Positions 19,329-28,278 of a DNA stretch of 64,000 nt are shown in pieces. The translations under genes were made by a program, and so were the position numbers. The stretch's first letter is position 1. Each line of letters starts with the position of its first letter. The notes below the pieces were generated by a model that saw only the letters and a program-made list of their open reading frames with translations, did no database searches and was not told the DNA's origin. The stretch comes from Acidimicrobiia bacterium (GTDB taxonomy: Bacteria > Actinomycetota > Acidimicrobiia > Spongiisociales > ZC4RG35): the NCBI GenBank assembly GCA_013812505.1, contig JACCTH010000036.1, positions 39,957-103,956 of the forward strand, given 5' to 3'.

Positions 19329-20318
19329 ATGGCCAAAACAACAACATTCACCGAGCTCCTCAACACCGGCCGACCTCTCGTGGCCGATGGAGCGATGGGC
19401 ACCACGTTGTTCTCGCTCGGGCTCGAAGGTGGCGGCTGTCCAGAGCTGCTCAATGTCGAACAGCCCGATCTGGTGGAGAAAGTCCATCGCGGGTTTGTCG
19501 AAGCCGGTGCCGACATCATCCTCACCAATACTTTTGGCGGCAATCGCCGGCGCCTCGCCTTGCACCGGCTCGAAGACCGGGTCGCCGAGCTGAACATCGC
19601 CGCAGTTAACGTCGCCCGCCGGGCCGCCGATCTTGCCGATCGCCCTGTGGCGGTGGCCGGCAGCATCGGACCAACCGGTGATCTGTTCGAACCGCTCGGA
19701 CCCTTGTCTGCCGAAGAAGGAATTCAAGTCTTCACGGAGCAGGCCGCCGCGCTGGCCGAGGGGGGTGCAGACGTTCTATGGATCGAGACCATCTCCTCGT
19801 TTGAAGAGCTCGACGCTGCCTGCGGGGCCGCCAGAGCCATTGGCTTGCCCTTCACTGCCACTCTGAGTTTTGACACCGCCGGCCACACGATGATGGGGAT
19901 CAGCCCGATCGCGCTCGGTGAATGGTGGAATCGCAATCGGGACGTGGCGGGCGTCGGCGCCAATTGCGGCATTGGACCCGGCGACGCCGTCGCCACGGCT
20001 CTCGGCATCGCCAGCGTTGCACCGGACGCCACCACTATCACCAAGGCCAATTGCGGGATCCCGCTTTACAAGAGCGAAGGGGGGCTCACCTACCCGATCG
20101 GCCCCGAAGAGATGGTCGACTATGTCGAGCTCTCGCTTCGCTCCGGCACCCGCATCATTGGCGCTTGTTGTGGATCGACGCCCGACCACATCGAGGCCAT
20201 TCGCGAGGCCGTCGATACCTTCACCGACGGACCAACACCGACCTTCGAGGAAGTCCAGCTCCGTCTCGATGCCACCGCCGCATCTTCGAGTCCCCGACGC
20301 GAACGTCGTCGCCGCTAG
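19329..20318 (+). CDS. homocysteine S-methyltransferase-domain protein (BHMT-like; context suggests betaine-homocysteine methyltransferase)
   Basis: Start at ATG 19329 (MAKTTTFTELL). Motifs ADGAMGT, ILTNTFGGN, and the Zn-ligand pair GACCGSTPDHI. 329 aa, with no cobalamin-binding domain. Confidence 0.7.
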   Translation: MAKTTTFTELLNTGRPLVADGAMGTTLFSLGLEGGGCPELLNVEQPDLVEKVHRGFVEAGADIILTNTFGGNRRRLALHRLEDRVAELNIAAVNVARRAADLADRPVAVAGSIGPTGDLFEPLGPLSAEEGIQVFTEQAAALAEGGADVLWIETISSFEELDAACGAARAIGLPFTATLSFDTAGHTMMGISPIALGEWWNRNRDVAGVGANCGIGPGDAVATALGIASVAPDATTITKANCGIPLYKSEGGLTYPIGPEEMVDYVELSLRSGTRIIGACCGSTPDHIEAIREAVDTFTDGPTPTFEEVQLRLDATAASSSPRRERRRR

Positions 20319-20332
20319 GCGGCCAGAATAGG

Positions 20333-21274
20333 TTGGTGATCAAAACCTGGCTCACCGAGCGATTCAACCTGACCGTCCCATTGATCGCGGCGCCAATGGG
20401 CGGCACCGCCAATGGAAACTTCGCCGCCGAAGTTGCACGCAACGGGGCTCTTGGGATGATCGCAGTCGGAAGCCGAGCGACGCCGGACTGGGTTGAGCAA
20501 GAAGTTGCGAGCCGTCCACCCGGCACCGAGCGGTGGGGAATTGGCACTCTGGCTTGGGTGGTCGACCAACGGCCAGAACTCCTCGACGCAGCGCTTGCCG
20601 CCAAGCCACCGCTTCTTTCCATCAGCTACGGACCATATGCCCGTCACCTCGAGGCGATCCGAAACGCCGGATCGGTAGTCACGACTCAGGTGGGGACTCT
20701 CGCCGAAGCCCTCGACGCCGAACAGGCGGGCTTCGACTTTCTAGTCGTCCGCGGCGGCGAAGGCGGGGGTCACGGCCGCGATGTGATGGCCACCCTCCCC
20801 CTTCTTCAAGAGGTGCTCGAAGGGGTCGAGCTGCCCGTGGTTGCCGCCGGCGGCATCGCCAACCGACGAGGATTGGCCGCCGTAATAGCAGCTGGGGCCG
20901 TCGGCGGGTGGGTCGGCACCGCGTTCTTGGGTTGTGCGGAAACGGCATGGACGGACGAGGCGCGCGACCGAGTCATTTCCGCCGCCGATGGCGACACCAT
21001 CTACACCCGATCGTTTGACTCCGGCTTACAGCTCGCGTGGCCGCCGGAGTTTGGCGGACGGGCTTTGCAGAACACTTTCAGCCGCGAGTGGCACGAACGC
21101 GAGCCGGTAAGCATGGAAGCCAACGAGCAGATGGCGGCGGCTGTGACAGATCGCGACTATGAGATTGCGCCGCTGTGGGCAGGTCAAGGGGTTTCATTGC
21201 TCGAATCGAAAGGCACCGTCGCCGAGGTAGTAGAAGAGTTTGCGCGAGCCGAGGAGCTCTTACGTCGTTGGTGA
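20333..21274 (+). CDS. nitronate monooxygenase (NMO / 2-nitropropane dioxygenase) family flavoprotein
   Basis: PLIAAPMGG and VVRGGEGGGHG motifs. Start at TTG 20333 or GTG 20336. The long N-terminal part of track ORF 19922..21274 overlaps the previous gene and is rejected. Confidence 0.75.
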   Translation: MVIKTWLTERFNLTVPLIAAPMGGTANGNFAAEVARNGALGMIAVGSRATPDWVEQEVASRPPGTERWGIGTLAWVVDQRPELLDAALAAKPPLLSISYGPYARHLEAIRNAGSVVTTQVGTLAEALDAEQAGFDFLVVRGGEGGGHGRDVMATLPLLQEVLEGVELPVVAAGGIANRRGLAAVIAAGAVGGWVGTAFLGCAETAWTDEARDRVISAADGDTIYTRSFDSGLQLAWPPEFGGRALQNTFSREWHEREPVSMEANEQMAAAVTDRDYEIAPLWAGQGVSLLESKGTVAEVVEEFARAEELLRRW

Positions 21275-22109
21275 TGGAAGCCTCATCGTTTCGAACGGTC
21301 GATGGCGTTGAGCTCGCGATCTGGACGTTGCCTGGTGACGCCGTCCCCGAGTTCCTCTTGGTTCACGGCCTTGCCTCAAACGCCCGGCTCTGGGACGGCG
21401 TCGCCAGAGGTCTCCACGCCGAAGGTCACGGAGTCGTCTCCCTCGACCTGCGGGGCCATGGCGAGTCGGCCAAACCGTCGGACGGCTTCGATTTCGAAAA
21501 GATGACAGCCGACCTTGCCGGTCTCATCGCAACGAGAATGACTGCCCCCGTGTTGCGGCTGGACAGTCCTTTGGCGGCAACCTCGTCATCGAGCTGGCAG
21601 CGCGCTACCCGGATTTGGTGAGCGGAGTGGTCTGCGTCGACGGCGGATTTGTCGACCTCAAGAGCGCTTGGCCGGATTGGGATGAAGCCCTCCAAATGCT
21701 GACACCACCGTCTCTCGATGATGTGCGGGAGGAGGCACTCGCTGGTCGCGGGGCTGAGCGCTACCCAGGATGGCCGCCAGAAGGCGTCGCCGCCCAGCTC
21801 GCCAACCTCGAGGTTCTCTCAGATGGAAGAGTGAGACGACGGCTGAGTTTGGAGAACCACCTCAAAATTCTGCGAGCGATGTGGGAGCAAGCACCGGCCG
21901 AGGTGGCAACCAAAGTGAAGGTTCCCGTCCTGATCCTCGTGGCCGAGAACGGACCACCCCGACACCCAGCCCAGGTGGATCACTTTGCTGCCGGGCTCGC
22001 CAAGAGCAGAGTGATCCCTATGGCAGGGCATCACGACCTGCACGCTGAGCAGCCTGACAACGTGGTGGACGAGATCACCAATGCCCTTAACGACGGATTC
22101 TTGCAATGA
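21274..22109 (+). pseudogene. alpha/beta-hydrolase gene interrupted by one frameshift
   Basis: Frame 1 (ATG 21274, overlapping the NMO stop) gives ...FLLVHGLASNARLWD...LDLRGHGES. The nucleophile elbow AGQSFGGNLVIELAARYPDLVSGVV is only readable in frame 0, from about 21543. The junction is next to the C5 run at 21545..21549. Confidence 0.7.
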
Positions 22110-23064
22110 GCGAAGGATTGATCGTCATCATTGGCTCCGGAGAGCTCGGTCCGTCGATGAAGACCACCTACCGGCATCTCTTCGAACACGTGGCTGCTTC
22201 ATCAGTCACGATTCTCGACTCGCCCTACGGCTTCCAGGAAAACGCCGACGAGCTCACAACCCGCATCGAGAAACACTTCCGCGATAGCTTCGGTGTCAAG
22301 ACGAAGGTGGCCAGCCTGCGCTGGGCCGACGCCAAAGGAGTGGAGCGGCGGCGATTTCTCGAGTCCGTGGAGCAGTCCGAAGTCGTCTTCGCCGGGCCAG
22401 GTTCGCCGAGCTACGCCATCGCGTGTGGAGCGGGCTCGGCATGCGCGAGGCCCTTTCCAAGGTCGTTGATCGAGGAGGAGGGGTGGTGATGGCCAGCGCC
22501 GCCGCGGTCACCCTGGGAGCAAGGTCGATCCCGGTCTATGAGATTTACAAAGTCGGCGACGATCCTGTTTGGTTTGACGGCTTGGATGTGCTCGCGAGCT
22601 ACGGATTGTCCGTGGCCGTCGTCCCGCATTGGAACAATCGCGAGGGAGGATTCCATGACACAAGCCATTGCTTTATTGGGGTCAAGCGCTTTCGTCAGCT
22701 CGTCGCGGATTTGCCGGCTGAGATTTCAGTGTTGGGCATCGACGAGCACACTTCCCTCTCGATCCATGCCGCCACCCGGAATGATGCGGGTGCTCGGAGC
22801 CGGGGAAGCTCACCTCAATGACAAGGACTTCGATTCGAGCCTGCCTAATCCCGGTTTCGCCCTACGTCGGGCCCTGCCGAAGCCGGCATCACCCCGCCGG
22901 CTGCAAGCCCCTGGCAGCCGGTAATCGAGCTCCTTCTCGAAATCTGGGGCGATGCCCGCGCCCGCGGAAACTTCGACCAAGCCGATCTGATTAGAGAGCG
23001 TTTAGCAGCCGCGCGAATCGAGGTCCGTGACGGCGACGAAGGTACCAAGTGGCACGAGGCCTAG
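22106..23064 (+). pseudogene. decayed gene for a GATase1/peptidase S51-like protein with a CysRS-C-terminal-like tail (2-3 frameshifts)
   Basis: The reading frame switches 2->1 near 22420 (..GPGSPSYAI / RVWSGLGMREAL..). It switches 1->2 near 22775 (..GIDEHTSLSI / MMRVLGAGEAHL). It probably switches 2->1 again before 22925. The last 45 codons (LLEIWGDARARGNFDQADLIRERLAAARIEVRDGDEGTKWHEA, stop 23062..23064) resemble the C-terminal motif of cysteinyl-tRNA synthetase. Confidence 0.55.
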
Positions 23065-24227
23065 ATGATTCTGCCTGCGTTCTCGTACAGCGGCATTCCT
23101 GAGAGCAGGCGGGCAGGGGACAAGCGTGAAAGGTCCAGGCTCGGCGTACGACCGATGATCAGCTCCGCCAGATGCCTCCCCACAGCGTGGCATTGCTGGA
23201 ATCCGTGTCCGGAAAATCCGTTGGCGAGAAAAAGACCGGCGAGCTCCGGCCACTCGCCAATGATGCCGTTCTCGTCAAGGGTGTTCACTTCGTAGAGCCC
23301 CGCCCACCCGCCGGTCAAATGCACGGCTTCGAAGGCGGGGAGTTGAGCTGCGAGCTCCGGCCAGACCAGATCAAAGAACTTCTCGCGCCGGAAGCTGAAG
23401 TCATAACCGATCGGGTCATCGGGTTGTGACCATCCGCAGATGAACCGGTTGCCATGCTCGGGGATCACGTAGAGACCGGACGGCAGGAACACACTCGGCA
23501 GGCCGAACGCATCGACGTGGGTGTCAACCGTGAAAACGGTGCGCATCACCGGTTCCACCGGGAGCTCGACCCCGACCGATGCCGTCAAGGGCGCGCACCA
23601 GGCACCGGCGGCGTTGACCAACACTGGCGAATCGAGCTGGGTTCCATCAGAGAGCTCAACCCCGCTGATTGCATCCCCTTGCCGGCGAAGCGCGGTCACT
23701 TCCTTCTCGATGAATTCCGCGCCATCGGCCGCGGCTCGGCGTACATAGCCCTGGAGGACCGCGGAAGGATCGACCGACCCGTCGAGCGGTCCCAAGGTTC
23801 CTCCTACGTAGCCGCTACCGGCATAGCCGGGGAACCTCGCGGCAATTTCCGCGGCGTCTAACCATTCAACGTCGCAGCCGAGCGCGTGTTGTCGCTCCAG
23901 GCCTTGGCGCGCCGCGACTTCGCCGTCTGAGTCGGTGAGAAAGAGATTGCCTTGGTGACGAGGCGCCGGGTCGGGCCGCCATTCCCCGACTGCCATTCTT
24001 GGCGGAAAATCAGCCAGCACCTCGAAAGCGAACTGGGACATGCGGATGTTCTCTTCGAGGTTGAACTGCAGACGCACGTTGCCGTCAGAAAGGACCGTCG
24101 ACGATTGCCGGTACGTCGGATCACGCTCAACCACCGCCACGACCAGGCTCGGGTCGAGCTGCAGCAGGTAGTAGGCGGTGGCCGCCCCCATCGCCGCCCC
24201 ACCCACGACGATCACGTCGTAGGTCAA
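23061..24227 (-). CDS. FAD-dependent oxidoreductase (DAO family), about 388 aa
   Basis: Dinucleotide fold YDVIVVGGAAMGAATAYYL. I place the start at TTG 24227..24225, overlapping the permease stop (TTGA). The 129 upstream codons of the track ORF lie inside the permease gene. Confidence 0.7.
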   Translation of the reverse strand: MTYDVIVVGGAAMGAATAYYLLQLDPSLVVAVVERDPTYRQSSTVLSDGNVRLQFNLEENIRMSQFAFEVLADFPPRMAVGEWRPDPAPRHQGNLFLTDSDGEVAARQGLERQHALGCDVEWLDAAEIAARFPGYAGSGYVGGTLGPLDGSVDPSAVLQGYVRRAAADGAEFIEKEVTALRRQGDAISGVELSDGTQLDSPVLVNAAGAWCAPLTASVGVELPVEPVMRTVFTVDTHVDAFGLPSVFLPSGLYVIPEHGNRFICGWSQPDDPIGYDFSFRREKFFDLVWPELAAQLPAFEAVHLTGGWAGLYEVNTLDENGIIGEWPELAGLFLANGFSGHGFQQCHAVGRHLAELIIGRTPSLDLSRLSPARLLSGMPLYENAGRII

Positions 24228-25777
24228 GCAGCGGCTCGCGCCAACCGCCGCTGTTTGCGTGAAAGTTGGGCGGCGGTGACTCGTCGCCGCATGAAGGCGA
24301 GAGCCAACGCTCCAAGGACAAAGGAGTAGAGCACCGCCCCGAGAATGATTTCGATGCTGGGGAGCCGTCCCCAGAATGCAATGTCTTGCAAAGCCTTGAT
24401 CCCGTAGGTCGCCGGGATCAGATAGGAAACCACTTGCACCGCCGGCAGCAGCCGGGCGGTCGAGATGAAAAAGCCGCTGAAGAAGATCGACACCAACAGG
24501 GTGATCATTGCATATTGCACAGCCTGGCTTTCCGTCTTCGCTAGCGCGGACAGCACAAAGCCGAGACCTTGGGAGGCGAGCACGACCAAGAGCACGGCGA
24601 GCCCGTACCACCACCAGGGGCCCTCAGGTTGGAAACCGAAGGCGAACACCGAGGCAGCGGTCAGAGCCGCGCCGACCAAGAGGCCAATAACGACGTTGGC
24701 CAGGTATTTGCCGGCGAGGGCTTCGGCGCCCGAAAGCGGCGAGACTCGAAAGAGCTCGACCGAGCCCAGCGTTCGCTCCCGCACTAGCGATAAAGCGGCA
24801 AATGTGAGAGCGAGATGCTGGACCAGAAGCGAAACCACTCCGGGGATGTAGTAATGCGTGAAGTCGACATCGATTCCCCCATAGCCAGACGACTCGCCGC
24901 GGAAGGGGCTGACCAGCACCGCCGGTTCGATGGCCTGGAAGTTTTCGATGTCGGCTTCCAAATCTTCGAGGTTCTGCTCAAGGGCGGTGAGGATTTCCGC
25001 CCGTTCGTCGCGGACGTCGGGCTGGTTGAGCTGGTCGGCGTTCGCGAGAGCCGAATCGAGGGCAGATCCGGAGGGCTCGGACGAAGTCTGTTCGCCGACC
25101 GCCTCGATCACCGCGTCCGAAGCGGCCACGCGACGGGCGAGCTCGTCGAGACTGGCGATCAAGTCGGCCCGGCTGCTCTCAAAAGCAACTCGGTCGTTTG
25201 CGTCCACCGCGTCGATCATCGCCCCCACCGCCGTCTGCGCGGCGGGCAACGGGGCCCCAATCTCGGCGGCCCGGCCTTGTCCGGCGGCGACCACCTCCTC
25301 CAAAACTTCGCGGTTGACCTGATCAACTGCGCTCTGGGCGAAGAGCTCTACCACCGACGACTCGAAGGGGTCGATTTGGTCGTGCAGGATGGTGATGACC
25401 GCTTGCTCTCCGCCTCTTACGGTTTCTACAACATCAGACGGAATCACCACCGCGACATTGGCCTCGCCGCTCGCCAACATCGCCTCCGCCTCCTCGACGC
25501 TGGTGAGCGTTCCGACCAGTTGCGCCTGGGGACCGAGCGCGTGGGCGAGCTGCTCGCTTCGCTCGGCTATGCCGGAATCGGAAGGCGCCACGACCACCGT
25601 GCGCAGCACTGGCGGTTCGGGATTGAACCCAACACCAAATAGGAAAAGGATCAAGAAGGGTCCGACAACCAAAGTGATCAGCAAGCGGGGCTGTCGAAAG
25701 ACCTCGAGGGTGTCCTTCTTGAAGAACGCCATCGCCCGCATGAATCTGCCTTTGACGCGTTCTACTGGCTTAGCCAT
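24224..25777 (-). CDS. ABC-2 type exporter permease with a large extracytoplasmic/coiled insert (YhgE/Pip-like)
   Basis: One N-terminal TM, a soluble Ala/Glu-rich region of about 250 aa, and a C-terminal block of 5 TM segments typical of ABC-2 permeases. 8-nt overlap with the upstream ATPase gene. Confidence 0.7.
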   Translation of the reverse strand: MAKPVERVKGRFMRAMAFFKKDTLEVFRQPRLLITLVVGPFLILFLFGVGFNPEPPVLRTVVVAPSDSGIAERSEQLAHALGPQAQLVGTLTSVEEAEAMLASGEANVAVVIPSDVVETVRGGEQAVITILHDQIDPFESSVVELFAQSAVDQVNREVLEEVVAAGQGRAAEIGAPLPAAQTAVGAMIDAVDANDRVAFESSRADLIASLDELARRVAASDAVIEAVGEQTSSEPSGSALDSALANADQLNQPDVRDERAEILTALEQNLEDLEADIENFQAIEPAVLVSPFRGESSGYGGIDVDFTHYYIPGVVSLLVQHLALTFAALSLVRERTLGSVELFRVSPLSGAEALAGKYLANVVIGLLVGAALTAASVFAFGFQPEGPWWWYGLAVLLVVLASQGLGFVLSALAKTESQAVQYAMITLLVSIFFSGFFISTARLLPAVQVVSYLIPATYGIKALQDIAFWGRLPSIEIILGAVLYSFVLGALALAFMRRRVTAAQLSRKQRRLARAAA

Positions 25778-26960
25778 CCGATTCCTCTTCGACGTCGAGC
25801 CGCGTCACGAGCTCGACGAACACATCGTCGAAGGGAGGCTGATAGGGCTCGACAGATTCGACCACCAGGCTGTTGGCAGTGGCCCACTCGGAGAGATCGG
25901 CAGCAACATCGCCGGCATCTTCGACCACCAAGCGGTATTCCCCAGGACCCCTTGCCTCCCAGCGAGTGGCGCGGGCAGCTTCGACCAAGCGACTGATTTG
26001 CTCGCTGGTGAGCGCACTCTCAAAACGAACATCCAGCACCTCACCGCCCATCGCTTGGCGGCGCAAACCTTCGGGGGTGTCGATTGCGATGAGACGCCCC
26101 CGAGAAAGCACTCCGACTTTGTCGCAATAGGCCGCCTCGCCAACGTACTGGGTGGTTACGAAGATGGTGCGGCCCTGCTCCTTCAGGTCGATGAACCTAT
26201 CCCAGAACTTGCGTCGCAACACGGGGTCGATGCCGGCGGTCGGCTCATCAAGGAACAAAAGCTCGGGTTCGTGAATCAAGGTTGCCGCCAAAGCGAGTCT
26301 GCGCTGCATCCCTCCCGACGCGTTGCGTAGCAATCGATTGCGCGCACTGAGCAGATCGACAAAGTCGAGCATCTCTCGCACTCGCCTGCGGCGGCCTCGC
26401 CAGCGGACGCTGAACAACGAGGCGGCGAAATTCAGGTTCTGGCGGAGAGTGAGCTCGGGGTACAGCACCGAGAGCTGTGGCATGTATCCCAAGTAGGAGC
26501 GAGCGATGCGATCGAATTCGAGCGGCGACTTTCCCAGCACCAGCAGGTCACCGGAATCGGCGGCGATGATCCCAGTGAGGAGGCGGATCGTGCTGGTCTT
26601 GCCCGAACCGCTGGGGCCGATGAATCCGAAGATCGAGCCTTTGGGAATATCAAGATCGAGATCGAACACTCCTACCCCCGGTTCGAACTCCTTGCTCAAG
26701 CCCCGAGCCCAAACGGCCGAATCCGTTGGTGTGACTGTCTCTTGAGGACGTTCGTCGATGGTGGTAACCACATCGCCCGCGACCGACTCGGTTTCACCGG
26801 CCGGAAACGCCGCGGCCTCGTCGAGAACCTCCATGCCCAGGGGAGCAATGGGGTCAACCTCGGGATTAACAGCTCGAGGTTGGCTGTGGTCGATCACCAC
26901 GGGCGATTCGGTTTCGGATCGCTCCGCTTCGGAAACTGTCCCCTCGTTGATGTCACCCAC
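25770..26960 (-). CDS. ABC transporter ATP-binding protein (about 95-aa acidic N-terminal extension; start uncertain)
   Basis: Walker A GPSGSGKTS, signature ASGGMQRRLALA, Walker B LLFLDEPTAGID. Confidence 0.8.
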   Translation of the reverse strand: MGDINEGTVSEAERSETESPVVIDHSQPRAVNPEVDPIAPLGMEVLDEAAAFPAGETESVAGDVVTTIDERPQETVTPTDSAVWARGLSKEFEPGVGVFDLDLDIPKGSIFGFIGPSGSGKTSTIRLLTGIIAADSGDLLVLGKSPLEFDRIARSYLGYMPQLSVLYPELTLRQNLNFAASLFSVRWRGRRRRVREMLDFVDLLSARNRLLRNASGGMQRRLALAATLIHEPELLFLDEPTAGIDPVLRRKFWDRFIDLKEQGRTIFVTTQYVGEAAYCDKVGVLSRGRLIAIDTPEGLRRQAMGGEVLDVRFESALTSEQISRLVEAARATRWEARGPGEYRLVVEDAGDVAADLSEWATANSLVVESVEPYQPPFDDVFVELVTRLDVEEESDG

Positions 26961-26992
26961 CTCTGAGCCCCACCGATGAACTTGCTGACAAC

Positions 26993-27982
26993 ATGAGCGA
27001 AGAGCGGATACCCGAAGCGGAACCTTCCGAAACAGGCTCCCCTTCGGAACCCCTCAAGTGGCAGCAGGTTTGGCCGCCGTTGTCGTATTGGTCGAAGGCT
27101 TCGCTTGTGATCATCAGCGTCGTCATTACGGTCCGCATCTTGGCGGTCCTGCAGAACCTGCTGCTGATCGTGGTCGCCGCGTTTGTGATCTCGTTGGGAT
27201 TGCAGCCGGCGATCAAGTGGATGGAACAGCGCGGCCTCAAACGGGGAGCGGCGATGGCCCTGATGCTGTTGCTGGCGCTCGCCGCCGCCACCGGCGCGGG
27301 ACTGGCTGTGCTGCCGGTGATTTTCGAGCAAGCCGCACAGGCGCTCGAAGGAATTCCTCCGTTTATCGAGTCCCTGCAAGATCGTCCCGGAGTCATTGGC
27401 GACCTGGCCTCGAGGTTTGATCTCGGCGGAGGCACTGGAGTGAATATCGACCCCTTGGCGATAGTGGGCTCGGTGGTCGTGACCATCTTCAACGTCGTCA
27501 CCCTCCTGCTCCTGACTCCGTATTTCGCCGTTGCTTTTCCGGGGATGAAGTCTGCTCTGTTCCGGCTTACCAGGAGGTCAAACCGAGAGGACTTCGTTTT
27601 CGTGGTCAACCGAGCCGTCGATCTGACCTCGAATTACATCGTGGGCAACCTCGCGATCAGCCTGATGGCCGCGGCGACGTCGTTCGTCGCCTTCTTGCTG
27701 CTCGGTCTCCCTTACCCGCTTGCCCTGGCGACGTGGGTGGGGATCATGGATCTGATCCCGGCGATCGGCGCCCTGATCGGCATGATCCCCGTGATCGCGG
27801 TCGCCTCTCAGCTCGTCGGTGGCAGCTTGGCCGGGTTGGTGGGCGCATTGCTTGCCTTGCCAGTGGCTGCGCTGATCAAGGTGTTGCTCACCCGAGTTCT
27901 TCGTCCGCGACCGGATGGAAATGGTTCGCCAGGAACCCGAAGAACCGGTATCCCAGCGACGCATCCGCGGGCGGCTAGGTAG
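26993..27982 (+). CDS. AI-2E family (PerM-like) transporter
   Basis: Multi-TM protein whose C-terminal half (...GLPYPLALATWVGIMDLIPAIGALIG...PVAALIKV) is typical of the family. Confidence 0.7.
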   Translation: MSEERIPEAEPSETGSPSEPLKWQQVWPPLSYWSKASLVIISVVITVRILAVLQNLLLIVVAAFVISLGLQPAIKWMEQRGLKRGAAMALMLLLALAAATGAGLAVLPVIFEQAAQALEGIPPFIESLQDRPGVIGDLASRFDLGGGTGVNIDPLAIVGSVVVTIFNVVTLLLLTPYFAVAFPGMKSALFRLTRRSNREDFVFVVNRAVDLTSNYIVGNLAISLMAAATSFVAFLLLGLPYPLALATWVGIMDLIPAIGALIGMIPVIAVASQLVGGSLAGLVGALLALPVAALIKVLLTRVLRPRPDGNGSPGTRRTGIPATHPRAAR

Positions 27983-27996
27983 CAGACCCCTGCCAT

Positions 27997-28047
27997 AGAC
28001 ATCAGACATCAGACTGGATCGAGTCTGAAGTCTGAAGTCTGATGTCT
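27997..28047. repeat. inverted repeat built from tandem 7-bp units (heptad array 1)
   Basis: agacatc agacatc agact - ggatcg - agtctga agtctga agtctga tgtct. The core is CAGA on the left arm and TCTG on the right arm, every 7 bp. Fills the gap between convergent stops at 27982 and 28048. Confidence 0.9.
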
Positions 28048-28278
28048 CTAGAGAACCTCGTCCGTCGTGGTGTCGCGGGTCACGGTGAACCAGCGGCGGC
28101 AGCCGTAGTCGTGGAACCAGCGCTCAACTGAGGGACCGAAGGGGTTGGTGCGCATGAATCCGCGGTCGAGGTCGCGGGCATCGGGGTCGGTAATCGACTC
28201 GGGGATGGTGGGGATCTCCCCGTAGCGAAACTCCTCCACGGTTCGACGGCCGCAATTGGGACAGGTCAGGTAGAGCAT
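28048..28278 (-). CDS. soxD: sarcosine oxidase subunit delta
   Basis: 76 aa. MLYLTCPNCGRRTVEEFRYGE... is the typical SoxD zinc-ribbon start. Overlaps the soxB stop. Confidence 0.85.
   Translation of the reverse strand: MLYLTCPNCGRRTVEEFRYGEIPTIPESITDPDARDLDRGFMRTNPFGPSVERWFHDYGCRRWFTVTRDTTTDEVL

Noticed and set aside
19922-20332. 5' extension of the nitronate monooxygenase ORF (450 aa in the track), and similar extensions of ORFs at 16961..18187, 54857..55612, 62129..63070, 62889..63935, 23061..24614 and 35323..37002
   Set aside because: The extensions overlap upstream genes, have biased composition, and the conserved N-terminal motifs of each family start at downstream ATG/GTG/TTG codons that often overlap the preceding stop.
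27997-28047. Heptad arrays (here and at 44080..44164) considered as CRISPR arrays or as coding repeats
   Set aside because: The units are only 7 bp with no spacers. The arms are inverted rather than direct. No cas genes are present. The only ORF crossing array 2 is an unsupported N-terminal extension (MRHRIDLASGIWHLASSP).
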